Shown: in pieces, positions 9,453 to 18,919 of the stretch
Layout of the letters: every line of letters begins with the position of its first letter
Position numbering within the stretch: position 1 is the first letter of the stretch
Assembly: GCA_038231135.1 (NCBI GenBank)
Contig: JBBRLX010000002.1
Coordinates: forward strand, 1 to 64,000
Reading direction: 5' to 3'
Source of the DNA: Candidatus Eiseniibacteriota bacterium
Lineage (GTDB): Bacteria; Eisenbacteria; RBG-16-71-46
DNA length: 64,000 nucleotides
Notes under the pieces: generated by a model
What the model saw: only the letters and a program-made list of their open reading frames with translations
Told to the model about the DNA's origin: nothing
Database searches by the model: none
Position numbers and translations under genes: made by a program

Positions 9453-9753
9453 GTCGCTGCCTCCATTCCCCCCGCTTATGGAGGTGGTAGCCGGCCGCAT
9501 ACAACACGGCCCGAAGAACTTCGTCTGCCGCTGCGTTGAACGTGCTCACGGTGTCGTCCGTCGCGGCCAGTTGTTCCAGTTCCCCGCGCCAAGCCGCTCG
9601 CTGCCTCTCTTGGGTCTCCCGCCGTGCCAGGTCTTCGTTGAATGCTTTTCGCGCGGCATGTCCAGCCCCGAAGTATTCCCGAATGGTCCGCCCACCGACC
9701 CTCTGCGTACGCGTGTAATAAAGGCCGCCGCGTTTTCGCCGTTCCCAAGCCAT
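9445..9753 (-). CDS. Small basic hypothetical protein, possibly DNA-binding
   Basis: MAWERRKRGGLYYTRTQRVGGRTIREYFG, then a coiled coil and GYHLHKRGEWR; coupled to the downstream gene. Confidence 0.72.
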   Translation of the reverse strand: MAWERRKRGGLYYTRTQRVGGRTIREYFGAGHAARKAFNEDLARRETQERQRAAWRGELEQLAATDDTVSTFNAAADEVLRAVLYAAGYHLHKRGEWRQRRG

Positions 9754-9780
9754 CTCAGAAGCTCCTGTTTCGTGACATGC

Positions 9781-9806
9781 AACTGTGCCCGAATTGTGCC
9801 CGAACC
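9781..9806. repeat. Putative integrase arm-type direct repeats
   Basis: aacTGTGCCCGAAtTGTGCCCGAAcc, starting 140 bp before the att core at 9921. Confidence 0.6.
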
Positions 9807-9920
9807 ATCGATTACCCAGCGGGACTATCGGTATCCATCGGCTTCTTGACGGAGCCGGAAACGGCCGATTCGGCGGGATTGGTGCCATGAGTGGTCGGTG
9901 GTTCTACCTGCCGTCCAGAA

Positions 9921-9943
9921 TTCGAATCCCGTTGGGGACGCCA
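9921..9943 (+). mobile_element. att site: duplicated 3' end of a tRNA (Glu-like)
   Basis: TTCGAATCCCGTTGGGGACGCCA is T-loop, T-stem 3' strand, acceptor 3' strand and CCA; resembles the tRNA-Glu end; no 5' half upstream. Confidence 0.85.
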
Positions 9944-10019
9944 ATCTTTTGTTGCAGTGCAATGGGTTGCGAGCGCTGCATGTGCTTCTGGCGCCGGAAT
10001 TGTCCCTCTTCTCCGCGGA

Positions 10020-10033
10020 GAATCCCGTTGGGG
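10020..10033 (+). mobile_element. Partial att core copy
   Basis: GAATCCCGTTGGGG, 14 bp identical to the core at 9924-9937. Confidence 0.6.
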
Positions 10034-10271
10034 GTATTCCAATGAGGGCGTTACGCAGGCGCCTCTCCAGAATCCCGACCACTCGTTTCGGCGACGCCCT
10101 GCGTCTGGAGACTCGACGCTATCAGGATGAAGAGTGCCAAGGTGTGTGCCGAAAACGGAAGAGCGGAGCAGCGCCATAGTTGCGTGCTGCGGCGCGCCGA
10201 TGCGTCGGGCCCGCCCCGCTTGTCGTCTACTCGACGCCGTGCTTCACCACTTCGAACCTGCTGGGTGACCT

Positions 10272-10793
10272 GTGCTCCGTACAAGCGCGCTGATCGTCGC
10301 CTGCCTGGGCCTCGCCGTGCCTTTCGCGTCCTCGGCCTTCACCGGGAATCAGCCTGGCCATCTTGCCGTCCACATCGCCGTATCTGACTCGCCCGCCTAC
10401 ATAGAGCAATGGGTGTCGACTCCGTTCAGATCTGCCGTCACGATCCATCGGATCCACGAGGTCGAGCGTGGCAAGACGGCGTACATCGCCTTTCTGGTGA
10501 CAGGCCAATCCGCAGGGTCGTCGCACAGGTACCATGTTGATGTCGGCGTCCGGGTGCTTCGACCAGACCGCGTGGTGGCATACTCGGATTCCTCTCACGC
10601 GCATATCTCCTGCCCCAATGACGGCCGAGTCGGATTCACGATGGCCGACCCAGCACTCGACTTCGGCGTGGATGATGACGACCCGCTCGGCCAGTGGCTC
10701 ATCGAGGTGACGGCGCACGATCGAGTCACCGGTGCCGTGGCATCCGCCGCGTATCCGCTGATCGTTAGGCAGCCGGCTCTTCAGACGCACTGA
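10272..10793 (+). CDS. Secreted hypothetical protein
   Basis: Signal peptide MLRTSALIVACLGLAVPFASSA; beta-sandwich-like; ends 2 bp before the GMC gene. Confidence 0.7.
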   Translation: MLRTSALIVACLGLAVPFASSAFTGNQPGHLAVHIAVSDSPAYIEQWVSTPFRSAVTIHRIHEVERGKTAYIAFLVTGQSAGSSHRYHVDVGVRVLRPDRVVAYSDSSHAHISCPNDGRVGFTMADPALDFGVDDDDPLGQWLIEVTAHDRVTGAVASAAYPLIVRQPALQTH

Positions 10794-10795
10794 CG

Positions 10796-12937
10796 GTGCG
10801 CAACGCGACCCAGATACTCCCCGTCGTTCTTCTCATCACCCTCGCAGAGTTGTTTGGGCCGACGCGGCTGGCGGCCGCCGACTCCCTCGCCCTTTCGGAT
10901 TCCACGCTTCACCGGGTCCACAACGCCTTGTTCGAGACGTGGCTTCCCGCGGACTCGTTGCCCCTCCCCGACAGCCTGCGAGCCTCCTGCGTCCAGCTCC
11001 GCGATGGCCTTTGGGCGGCATTCTCGAAATCGCCAGCGATCCGCTCAGCACTTTCGAGCCTCGAGACCCAGGCAAGGTCTAGTTGTGCGTCTCCGCGAGG
11101 CGCTGTCAGTCGGTTTTCTGACCTCTCGCTCGCGGCTTGCGAGGACGTGCTGTTGAGTCTGCTGCGATGCGGAAACAACAACGAGCGGCGGACTGTTATG
11201 CAGCTCCGCCTTGTCTATCTTAAGGCGATCTACTCATCCCCCTTGGGCCAGGCCATCGCCGGCTTGGCTCAGACTTCATCACCGCCTTCGACGGACAACG
11301 TGGATCCGCCGCACTTTCCACCGACCTGGCTGGAGTATGACTCAACTGGACATGAGATCCGTGCTCGTGATGGCTCCATAGACGACATCATCGTCGGGAG
11401 CGGGCCCGCGGGGTCAGTCCTGGCCTACGAGTTGCGGCGATCGGGTCGAAGGGTGCTGTTACTCGATCAAGGGCCCTTCGTGCTTCCGGGAACTATCGCG
11501 ACGCGAGCGAACCCCAAGCTGCTCGAGAGCGGCGGCAATCGCGCCTCGGTGAGCGGCAGCGTTCTGTTCAACAACGCGGAGTCAGTGGGCGGTGGCACGG
11601 CCGTCAACATCGATCTAGTGTTCTCGCCGACGCACCCGAGCGTTCAGAACCAGCTCCGGAAGTGGCGAGCGGAGGGGCGCCTCGCGCCCGGACAGTTCTC
11701 GCTGTCTGCCCTCGACTCGGCGGACCGCTGGGTCAAAGCCATGTTGGGCACGCGGACGCCGGCAGATTCCGAGATCAACCGCAACAATCGCGTACTCTGG
11801 AACGGCGCGCAGCGCAGCGGCCTTCACCCGAAGCTGTACGAGCTGAACACGTACGCGCCGGGGCAATGGCTTACCGCTGTCACAGACAAGCGGTCATCCG
11901 TCTCCGCACTACTCTTACCGGCCATGCTCGAAGAGGATGACCCGCTCGAGCTGATTCCCGATGCCCAGGTAACTCGCGTGATAGTGGAGCCGGGCTCTGG
12001 CGGCGATGTGGCTCGCGGCGTTCAGTTCGTCGTGCGCTCACCGTGGATCGCCGAAGGTGTGCTCCGAGATCCCCTGCAGCTTCGCTTGCGCCCAGGCGAC
12101 ACGCTCACTGTTAGGGCGCAGCGGGTCATTCTGTGCGCGGGGACGCTCGGCTCGTCGACACTTCTGCTTCAGTCCCACATCACCAATCCGGCCATCGGCC
12201 GCGGAATCGTCGCTCACATCGCAGTGCCGGTGATCGGTGTGTTCGACAAGCCGATCGATGCAACCTCTGGGACCCCTGCCACGGTGTTTGTCGACGACTA
12301 CGCCATTTCAAGGGGCTTCATGTTGGAGGCGATGTCCGCCGGCCCCGAGTACGCAGCGGTGATGGTCCCGGGAACGGGACGACACGTCTTCGACGTCGTG
12401 AGCCGCTACCGGTATTTGGCAGGATTCGGCGTCATGCTGATCGACTCGCCCTCCCAGGACAACCGCATTGAGCTTGGCGCTTCGGGTAGGCCCGAGATTC
12501 ACTACGAGATCTCTCCCGGAGACCGGCGGCGCCTTCGAGTGGCAATCGCAGATGGCGTCCGGATCATGTTCAAGGCTGGAGCGCGCCGCGTGATTGTGCC
12601 CTCACACGAGGATATCTATCGCGGGTCCACGACGCCGTTTGAGTTCACGAGCGCGCAGCAGGCGGATGATCTCGCACGCAAGCTCGAGCTCCTACCCAAC
12701 GCGACGCTCGTTACCTCAGCCCACCTGCAGGGAAGCGACAAGATGGGACCCAGGAGAATGCGCGCTGTCGTGGGAACTGACTTCCATGTCTGGGGTGTGA
12801 CGGGGCTCTACGTCATGGACTCGAGCGTTTTCCCAAGCTCGATCGGTGCAAATCCGATGCAGAGCATTTACGTCATGGCAAAGCTCTTCGCGAACGACCT
12901 GATCAGAGAGTCGCGTCGCCGAGCGACGGGGCGCTGA
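10796..12937 (+). CDS. GMC-family FAD oxidoreductase with signal peptide (long-chain alcohol oxidase-like)
   Basis: IIVGSGPAGS FAD motif, VGGGTAVN, SAHLQGSDKMG, GLYVMDSSVFPSSIGANP. Confidence 0.9.
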   Translation: MRNATQILPVVLLITLAELFGPTRLAAADSLALSDSTLHRVHNALFETWLPADSLPLPDSLRASCVQLRDGLWAAFSKSPAIRSALSSLETQARSSCASPRGAVSRFSDLSLAACEDVLLSLLRCGNNNERRTVMQLRLVYLKAIYSSPLGQAIAGLAQTSSPPSTDNVDPPHFPPTWLEYDSTGHEIRARDGSIDDIIVGSGPAGSVLAYELRRSGRRVLLLDQGPFVLPGTIATRANPKLLESGGNRASVSGSVLFNNAESVGGGTAVNIDLVFSPTHPSVQNQLRKWRAEGRLAPGQFSLSALDSADRWVKAMLGTRTPADSEINRNNRVLWNGAQRSGLHPKLYELNTYAPGQWLTAVTDKRSSVSALLLPAMLEEDDPLELIPDAQVTRVIVEPGSGGDVARGVQFVVRSPWIAEGVLRDPLQLRLRPGDTLTVRAQRVILCAGTLGSSTLLLQSHITNPAIGRGIVAHIAVPVIGVFDKPIDATSGTPATVFVDDYAISRGFMLEAMSAGPEYAAVMVPGTGRHVFDVVSRYRYLAGFGVMLIDSPSQDNRIELGASGRPEIHYEISPGDRRRLRVAIADGVRIMFKAGARRVIVPSHEDIYRGSTTPFEFTSAQQADDLARKLELLPNATLVTSAHLQGSDKMGPRRMRAVVGTDFHVWGVTGLYVMDSSVFPSSIGANPMQSIYVMAKLFANDLIRESRRRATGR

Positions 12938-12980
12938 TGCTCCGCCGCCGATCGGATCTGAACGGCTAGACAGAGCACCC

Positions 12981-13012
12981 AACTGTCCCTCGATTGTCCC
13001 CGAACTGTCCCC
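12981..13012. repeat. Putative integrase arm-type direct repeats
   Basis: aacTGTCCCtcgatTGTCCCcgaacTGTCCCc, three copies at 11-bp period, starting 140 bp before the att core at 13121. Confidence 0.6.
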
Positions 13013-13120
13013 GTCCAGCGTCTACTCCTGTCGGTTCCCGTCGTCTGACTCTTCGCGTAAGCCCTTATCTTTCCTCGCTTGGCCGACAGGTTGCGACCTT
13101 GGTTTGCCCTGCTTGCCCGC

Positions 13121-13142
13121 TTCGAATCCCGTTGGGGACGCC
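13121..13142 (+). mobile_element. att site: outermost tRNA-Glu-like 3' end copy, right border of the island
   Basis: TTCGAATCCCGTTGGGGACGCC, identical to 9921-9942; core-like high-GC genes follow. Confidence 0.85.
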
Positions 13143-13283
13143 GAGCTTCTGCCTCGTGGAGCCGAGCCCAGCTCGAAGGGATCGATCCGGGAGCGAGGTC
13201 ACGCCCCGGCGTCTCCAACTCCTCCTCGCGGGATTCGGACGGAAGAGGCGTTGACCCGCACGGATGCCCGCGGAAGAAGCCCC

Positions 13284-13316
13284 TTGACATTATTTCGATG
13301 ATTAGCTAATCATCGA
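13284..13316 (+). promoter_or_regulatory. Promoter -35 plus palindromic operator
   Basis: TTGACA at 13284-13289; perfect 22-bp palindrome TCGATGATTAGCTAATCATCGA at 13295-13316, 3 bp before the ATG. Confidence 0.85.
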
Positions 13317-13319
13317 TTC

Positions 13320-13652
13320 ATGAACGGCGTCTTCAAGGCACTTTCCGACCTCACCCGCCGACGAGTCCTCCAGCTCCTGCGCGGCGGCCCGATGTCCGCG
13401 GGCCAACTCGCCGACCAATTCGACGTCTCGAAGCCAACCATGTCTGCGCACTTCGCGGTGCTCCAGGAGGCCGGTTTGATCGAAGCGGAGAAGCGCGGCC
13501 GCACGATCCTCTACCGGCTGAAACTCTCGGTGCTCGAGGACGCGCTGTTGAGCTTCGCCCACACCGTCGGGCTGGGCTTCCCCGCACCGGCCCGCGCGCG
13601 TCGCGCACGGGCGGGCCGGCCGGTCCGGCGCTTCCTCCGAGGTGCGACGTGA
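13320..13652 (+). CDS. ArsR/SmtB family repressor, SdpR-like
   Basis: VFKALSDLTRRRVLQLL..GPMSAGQLADQFDVSKPTMSAHFAVLQEAGLI. Confidence 0.9.
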   Translation: MNGVFKALSDLTRRRVLQLLRGGPMSAGQLADQFDVSKPTMSAHFAVLQEAGLIEAEKRGRTILYRLKLSVLEDALLSFAHTVGLGFPAPARARRARAGRPVRRFLRGAT

Positions 13653-14083
13653 ACGCAGCAAATCGCCCGAAGCCGAAGCATTGGATAGTCGAATTGCGCG
13701 TCGCGCTCGTCTGTGCCGCACTGATGCCGGCAATCCCGTTCGGCGTGAAACTGGGGGCGCGATACGGCTGGGGGGGCGCGAACGACCTTTCGGAGCGCGC
13801 ACTCATGGTGATCCTTGCCGCGTTCATCGTGCTCACCGGCAATACCATCCCCAAGAGGGTCACGTCCCGGACGTGCGCCGGCGTTGATCCGGCCCGGCTA
13901 CAGGTGTTCCACCGATTCGCGGGCTGGACCTGGGTGCTCACCGGATTGGCGTTCGGCCTCGCCTCGATCCTGCTGCCAACCCAGACTTCCCGCACGGCGA
14001 CGCTGGTCATCGTCCCGGCCGGCATGGCGCTCATCGCGTATCGGTGGCTCAATCTGCTCGCAACTCGCCGGCCAGCGGCGTAA
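13649..14083 (+). CDS. SdpI-like membrane protein
   Basis: Four hydrophobic segments, GNTIPK and HRFAGW motifs; GTGA overlap with the SdpR-like gene. Confidence 0.65.
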   Translation: MNAANRPKPKHWIVELRVALVCAALMPAIPFGVKLGARYGWGGANDLSERALMVILAAFIVLTGNTIPKRVTSRTCAGVDPARLQVFHRFAGWTWVLTGLAFGLASILLPTQTSRTATLVIVPAGMALIAYRWLNLLATRRPAA

Positions 14084-14205
14084 CGCCGCGCGCGTTACAT
14101 GAGGCAGAGCCTCGGACGGGCAACAGCCATCTCTCATGACGTGTGGCCACGCTGGGGAGCGTCTTGCCGCCGGGATTCGTCCGGTTCGGGAGAACGTCCG
14201 GTCGC

Positions 14206-14907
14206 TCAGCGGCGCCGCAGCCGATTCATCAGCGACAGCAGGTTCCAGAACAGCACGACGATTCCGAGCGTCAGTTCGAATCCGGCTTCGAGCGGCATGT
14301 CGACGGGCATGTTGTGGACCACGTAGTTGAGCTTCCACAGCATCGCCGCCACCGAGACCACCACGAACACCGCGGCGATGACGAGGCCGAACGTGCCTCC
14401 GATCGGGAACACGATCTGGAGTCCCATGAGCAGCAGCATCGGGATGAACAGCATCGACAGCCCGGCCCGGATCATCGAGAACTCGCGCTTCTCGATCGAG
14501 ACGTAGGCCAGCATGGCGAGCGACGCGAGCAGCGTCATGAGCAACGCGTAGCCGATCACCGTCAGCCCGTCCTGGACCTGTCCCATGGCGAGCGTGATCG
14601 CGAGCAGGAAGCCCAGCGAGATGCCCTGCGTCGAGGTGCCGAGGAAGAACCCGCCGACCTTCGCGTCGCCATACACCATCCGGCGCGCCAGGGTCTGGCC
14701 CAGCAGGAAGCAGCCGTAAACGACCGCCAGCACCGCCCAGGTGCCGCCCCGGAACACGTACGGGACCACGAACTGCATCGACAGCAGCGCGAACACCGCC
14801 GTGATGCTCAGTCCGCCGAGCGTCCACACGGCCGCGCGACGGAGGAACACCGAGCGCTCTGCGACAGGTGCGTCGTATGCGGGGACGAGAACGACGTCTT
14901 CGGCCAT
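14206..14907 (-). CDS. Bax inhibitor-1/YccA family membrane protein
   Basis: ERSVFLRR N-terminus, 7 TM segments, C-terminal LTLGIVVLFWNLLSL. Confidence 0.75.
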   Translation of the reverse strand: MAEDVVLVPAYDAPVAERSVFLRRAAVWTLGGLSITAVFALLSMQFVVPYVFRGGTWAVLAVVYGCFLLGQTLARRMVYGDAKVGGFFLGTSTQGISLGFLLAITLAMGQVQDGLTVIGYALLMTLLASLAMLAYVSIEKREFSMIRAGLSMLFIPMLLLMGLQIVFPIGGTFGLVIAAVFVVVSVAAMLWKLNYVVHNMPVDMPLEAGFELTLGIVVLFWNLLSLMNRLRRR

Positions 14908-15030
14908 GGCGGACCTTCGTCGACGCGCCGGCAAGGCAGAGAGGATTCTCCGGGACCGCGGCGCATCACGGTCCGCCCACAATACCCAAGTTGGCGTCCG
15001 GGCGAAATATCGATCCGGGTCACGGACCTA

Positions 15031-16845
15031 TTATGAATCCGCGCGGATCCCCAGCTCCTTCAGCGTCTCCGGCTCGACGGCGCCGGGCGAGCCGTCCATC
15101 AGGCACGCGGCGCTCGCGCTCTTCGGGAACGCGATGGTGTCGCGGATGCTGTCGCGGCCGGCGAGCAGCATGACGATGCGGTCGAGCCCGAGCCCGATGC
15201 CGCCATGCGGCGGCGACGCGTACTTGTAGGCGTCGATCAGGAACCCGAACTTCTCGTGCGCCTGCTCCTTCGTGAAGCCGCACACCTGCAGCACGCGCTC
15301 CTGGATGTCGGGGCGGTGGATGCGAATCGAGCCCGAGCCGAGCTCGTTGCCGTTCAGCACCAGGTCGTAGAGCTGGGCGTAGACCTTGCCGGGATCGCTC
15401 TCGAGGATGTCGAGATGCTCGGGGTTCGGCATCGTGAACATGTGATGCCGCGCGACCCAGCCCTTGTGATGCGGGTCGTACTCGAACAGCGGGAATTCCC
15501 GCACCCACAGAAACGCCCAGTCCCTGGTATTCGGCTTCACGAGGTCGCGGCCGAGCTGGCTGCGCAGCACGCCCAACGCCTTGAGCGTCTGCTCCCACGG
15601 ACCGTTCGTGAACACCACCGCGTCGCCGGTACGGGCGTTGACGCGCTCGAGGAATTCGTCGAGCAGCCCCCCCGGGAAGATCACCTGCTGCTTGTCGCGC
15701 TCGGCGTCGAGCACCTTGAAGAACGTGAGCCCGCCCGCGCCGGCGGCCTTCACCACGTCCTCGAACTTGCGCAGCTGGGTGCCCGAGATCTCGGCGCCAT
15801 TGGGAATCACCATCGCGGCCGCGGTGCCGCCCGGCGCGTTGGCGCCGTTCGCGATCACGTTGCGCGGCGAGCGCGCGCTGATCGACGTCACGTCGACGAA
15901 CTCGAGCCCGAACCGCACGTCGGGCTTGTCGGAGCCGTAGCGGCTCATCGATTCGTTGAACGTCAGCCGCGGGAACGGGGTCTTGAGGTCCACGCCGAGG
16001 CACTCGCGCCAGATCGCGGTGAACAGTCCTTCGATGACGCGGAACACGTCCTCCTCGCCCGCGAAGCTCATCTCGACGTCGATCTGGGTGTGCTCCGGCT
16101 GGCGGTCGGCGCGCAGGTCCTCGTCGCGCAGGCAGCGCGCGAGCTGGAAGTAGCGGTCGCAGCCCGAGATCATCAGCGTCTGCTTGTAGAGCTGCGGGCT
16201 CTGCGGCAGCGCGTAGAACGAGCCGTGGTGAATGCGGCTCGGCACGATGTAGTCGCGCGCGCCCTCGGGCGTCGGCTTCACCAGCAGCGGCGTCTCGATC
16301 TCGAGGAAGCTCTGGCTCGACAGGTAGGAGCGCGCCGCCATCGCGGCCTTGTGCCGCAGCGCCAGCACCGCGGCCAGCTCGGGCCGGCGCAGGTCGAGGA
16401 ACCGGTAGCGCAGCCGCAGATCCTCGTTCGCCAGGTTCTGCTCCTCGTTCACCTGGAACGGCAGCGGCGCCGACTCCGACAGCACCTTCAGCTCGCGCGC
16501 GTCGAGCTCGACGTCGCCGGTCGGCAGCTCGGCATTGAGCGATTCCGCGGGCCGCATCGCGACCGGGCCGCGCACCGCGATCACCCACTCGTTGCCCAGT
16601 TGCTCGCCGCGCCGCAGCAGCTCCTTGCCGCCGGTCTCGGGGCGCATCACGACCTGCGTGATGCCGTAGCGGTCGCGCAGGTCGATGAACAGCACGCCGC
16701 CGTGGTCGCGCGTGCGGTGCACCCAGCCCATCAGCGTGGCCGCTGCGCCCGCGTGCGCCGGGCGCAGCTCGCCGCAGGTGTGGCTGCGCCGCCAGTCGTC
16801 GAGTCCTTCGAGCTTGAGGTCCGTCGCAACGATCGGTTCCGTCAT
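15031..16845 (-). CDS. aspS: Aspartate--tRNA ligase
   Basis: RSHTCGELR, RDHGG, EGARDY, LPQSPQ, RDEDLRADRQPE, PPHGGIGLGLDR. Confidence 0.98.
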   Translation of the reverse strand: MTEPIVATDLKLEGLDDWRRSHTCGELRPAHAGAAATLMGWVHRTRDHGGVLFIDLRDRYGITQVVMRPETGGKELLRRGEQLGNEWVIAVRGPVAMRPAESLNAELPTGDVELDARELKVLSESAPLPFQVNEEQNLANEDLRLRYRFLDLRRPELAAVLALRHKAAMAARSYLSSQSFLEIETPLLVKPTPEGARDYIVPSRIHHGSFYALPQSPQLYKQTLMISGCDRYFQLARCLRDEDLRADRQPEHTQIDVEMSFAGEEDVFRVIEGLFTAIWRECLGVDLKTPFPRLTFNESMSRYGSDKPDVRFGLEFVDVTSISARSPRNVIANGANAPGGTAAAMVIPNGAEISGTQLRKFEDVVKAAGAGGLTFFKVLDAERDKQQVIFPGGLLDEFLERVNARTGDAVVFTNGPWEQTLKALGVLRSQLGRDLVKPNTRDWAFLWVREFPLFEYDPHHKGWVARHHMFTMPNPEHLDILESDPGKVYAQLYDLVLNGNELGSGSIRIHRPDIQERVLQVCGFTKEQAHEKFGFLIDAYKYASPPHGGIGLGLDRIVMLLAGRDSIRDTIAFPKSASAACLMDGSPGAVEPETLKELGIRADS

Positions 16846-16870
16846 GGCGTCTTTCCGGGATTCGAACCCA

Positions 16871-18187
16871 TCACGTCGTGTGCCGGGGCGCGGCGTCCGC
16901 CGGGCTCCCGATGAGCCGCTCGCGCAGCGCGTGTTCGAGACTCGCGAGCGGCACCGTCTGCTGGGTGCCGTCGGTGAGATTCTTCACCACCACCTCGTCG
17001 CGCCGCCACTCGTCCTCGCCCGCGATCACGAGGAACCGGGCGCCGCTCTTGCCGGCAGCCTTCATCTGGGCGTTGAAGCCGCGCCCGTCGAGATCCATCG
17101 TCACCGCGAACTCGCGGCGCAGCCGGCGCACCAGCGCGAGCGCGCCGGCGCGCGTGGCGTCCATGGCCACGACGACGATCTCGGCAGCCGGCTCGGCCAT
17201 CGGGCCCAGGCGCTGCTCGATCGCCAGGATCGCGCGGTCGAGGCCGATCGAGAACCCGACACCCGGAGTCGGCGGGCCGCCCAGGGCCTCGATCAATCCA
17301 TCGTAACGGCCGCCGCCGCCGAGCGCGCTCTGGGCGCCGAGCGTGGTGTCGTGCACCTCGAACGCCGTGCGCGTGTAGTAGTCGAGCCCGCGCACCAGGG
17401 CGTGGTCGATTTCGTACCGGATGCCGACCGCGTCGAGCCCCACGCGCACCGCGTCGAAGTGCGCGCGCGACTCGGCATCGAGCACGTCGAGCATCCGCGG
17501 CATCGTGGCCGGATCGAGCCCACCCTGTTCGCCCTTCAGAATGGCCTGATCGACCGGCGCCTTGGAATCGAGCACGCGCAGCGGATTGCGCACCAGCCGC
17601 TCCTGCGAATCGGCGCTCAGCAGGCTGTGCGCCGGCTCGAGCCAGGCGCGCAGTGCATCGCCGTAGGCGCGGCGTGTCTCGGGCGTGCCCACGCTGTTGA
17701 GCGCGACCGTGAGATTCTCGAAACCCCACGCCTCGAACAGATCGACGAACAGCGCGATGATCTCGACGTCCGCGTCCGGCGCCGGCGTGCCGATGATCTC
17801 GGCGCCGATCTGGCGGAACTGCCGGTAGCGTCCCTTCTGCGGCCGCCCGTAGCGATACATCGGGCCCATGTACCAGAGCCGGTGCACGCGACCCCGGCCA
17901 CCCAGGCCGTGCTCGAGATACGCGCGGCACACGCCGGCCGTGCCCTCGGGGCGCAGCGCCAGGTCCCGGTCGCCGAGATCCTTGAAGCGGTACATCTCCT
18001 TCTGCACCACGTCGCTCGATTCGCCGCTGGTGCGCGCGAACAACTCGTAGTCCTCGAACGTCGGCGTGCGGATCTCGTGGTAGCCGTAGCGGCGCACCAC
18101 TTCGCGCGCGCGTTCCTCGACCCACTGCCAGCGCTCGATCTCGCCCGGCAGCAGATCACGCGTCCCGCGCGGCGCCTGGTGCTTCAT
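16871..18187 (-). CDS. hisS: Histidine--tRNA ligase
   Basis: PRGTRD, LRPEGTAG, RPQKGRYRQF, LVRGLDYY, GGGRYDGL. Confidence 0.98.
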   Translation of the reverse strand: MKHQAPRGTRDLLPGEIERWQWVEERAREVVRRYGYHEIRTPTFEDYELFARTSGESSDVVQKEMYRFKDLGDRDLALRPEGTAGVCRAYLEHGLGGRGRVHRLWYMGPMYRYGRPQKGRYRQFRQIGAEIIGTPAPDADVEIIALFVDLFEAWGFENLTVALNSVGTPETRRAYGDALRAWLEPAHSLLSADSQERLVRNPLRVLDSKAPVDQAILKGEQGGLDPATMPRMLDVLDAESRAHFDAVRVGLDAVGIRYEIDHALVRGLDYYTRTAFEVHDTTLGAQSALGGGGRYDGLIEALGGPPTPGVGFSIGLDRAILAIEQRLGPMAEPAAEIVVVAMDATRAGALALVRRLRREFAVTMDLDGRGFNAQMKAAGKSGARFLVIAGEDEWRRDEVVVKNLTDGTQQTVPLASLEHALRERLIGSPADAAPRHTT

Positions 18188-18588
18188 CGCGCCCCGGCGC
18201 GGCGCGCGATCCAGCGCGCGTAGAGCCACTGCGCCAGCGACACGCCGATCACGTCCGCCATCGCGTCGTAGCCGCTCGACTCGCGGCCGGGCACGTGCAT
18301 CTGCCAGAGTTCGTCGCACGTCGCGATGACTGCGCCCAGCGCGATCGCGATCCAGACCCGGTTCGCCAGCGGCCGCCCCGGCAGAAACGCGCGCAGCGTG
18401 CGCGCCAGCAGCAGGCCCAGGCCGCCGTATTCGCTCATGTGATAGAGCTTGTCCGAGTTCGTGAACTCGATCGGTGCGTGGAGGTGCGGCTGGGAACTGA
18501 GCGTGAAGATCACGGCCAGGTAGAGCGCCAGCGGCAGCCCATAGAGGAAGAACGCGTGGGATGGCGACTTCGTGACCTGCCCGGTCAT
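18184..18588 (-). CDS. VanZ family membrane protein
   Basis: IFTLSSQ, DKLYH..EY, DELWQ.HVPGR..S..D...D; GAGGAG RBS. Confidence 0.9.
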   Translation of the reverse strand: MTGQVTKSPSHAFFLYGLPLALYLAVIFTLSSQPHLHAPIEFTNSDKLYHMSEYGGLGLLLARTLRAFLPGRPLANRVWIAIALGAVIATCDELWQMHVPGRESSGYDAMADVIGVSLAQWLYARWIARRAGAR

Positions 18589-18843
18589 GGAACTCCTCGG
18601 AAAACACGTGCGTTCGGACGGCGCGCGGCGGCGCCTGCTCGAGGGGCATCGAAAGACGGGCGAACATAGCACGGATCATTTACTTCCGGCTTCGGCCGGC
18701 CGGCCGGCCGGGCCTGGTTGCCGGAATCCGGTCTGCGGGAAAATGCGCCGGCACCTTGCGCCGGGACCGCTCGTGCGGGTAGCTTGTCGGGCGATCTTCG
18801 CTTGGACCGTCACTCCCGTGACGAGCCCCCCCAACGCATTGGC

Positions 18844-18919
18844 GCGCCGCTAGCTCAATTGGCAGAGCAAGTGACTCTTAATCACTAGGTTCTTGGTTCG
18901 ATTCCAAGGCGGCGCACCA
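18844..18919 (+). tRNA. tRNA-Lys(CTT)
   Basis: Acceptor GCGCCGC/GCGGCGC, D arm GCTC/GAGC, anticodon stem AGTGA/TCACT with loop CTCTTAA, T-loop TTCGATT, ACCA end; 76 nt. Confidence 0.97.

Noticed and set aside
9870..9943. Complete tRNA gene at the first TTCGAATCCC site
   Set aside because: No D arm, anticodon arm or matching 5' acceptor strand upstream; only the 3' end is present (same at 13121)
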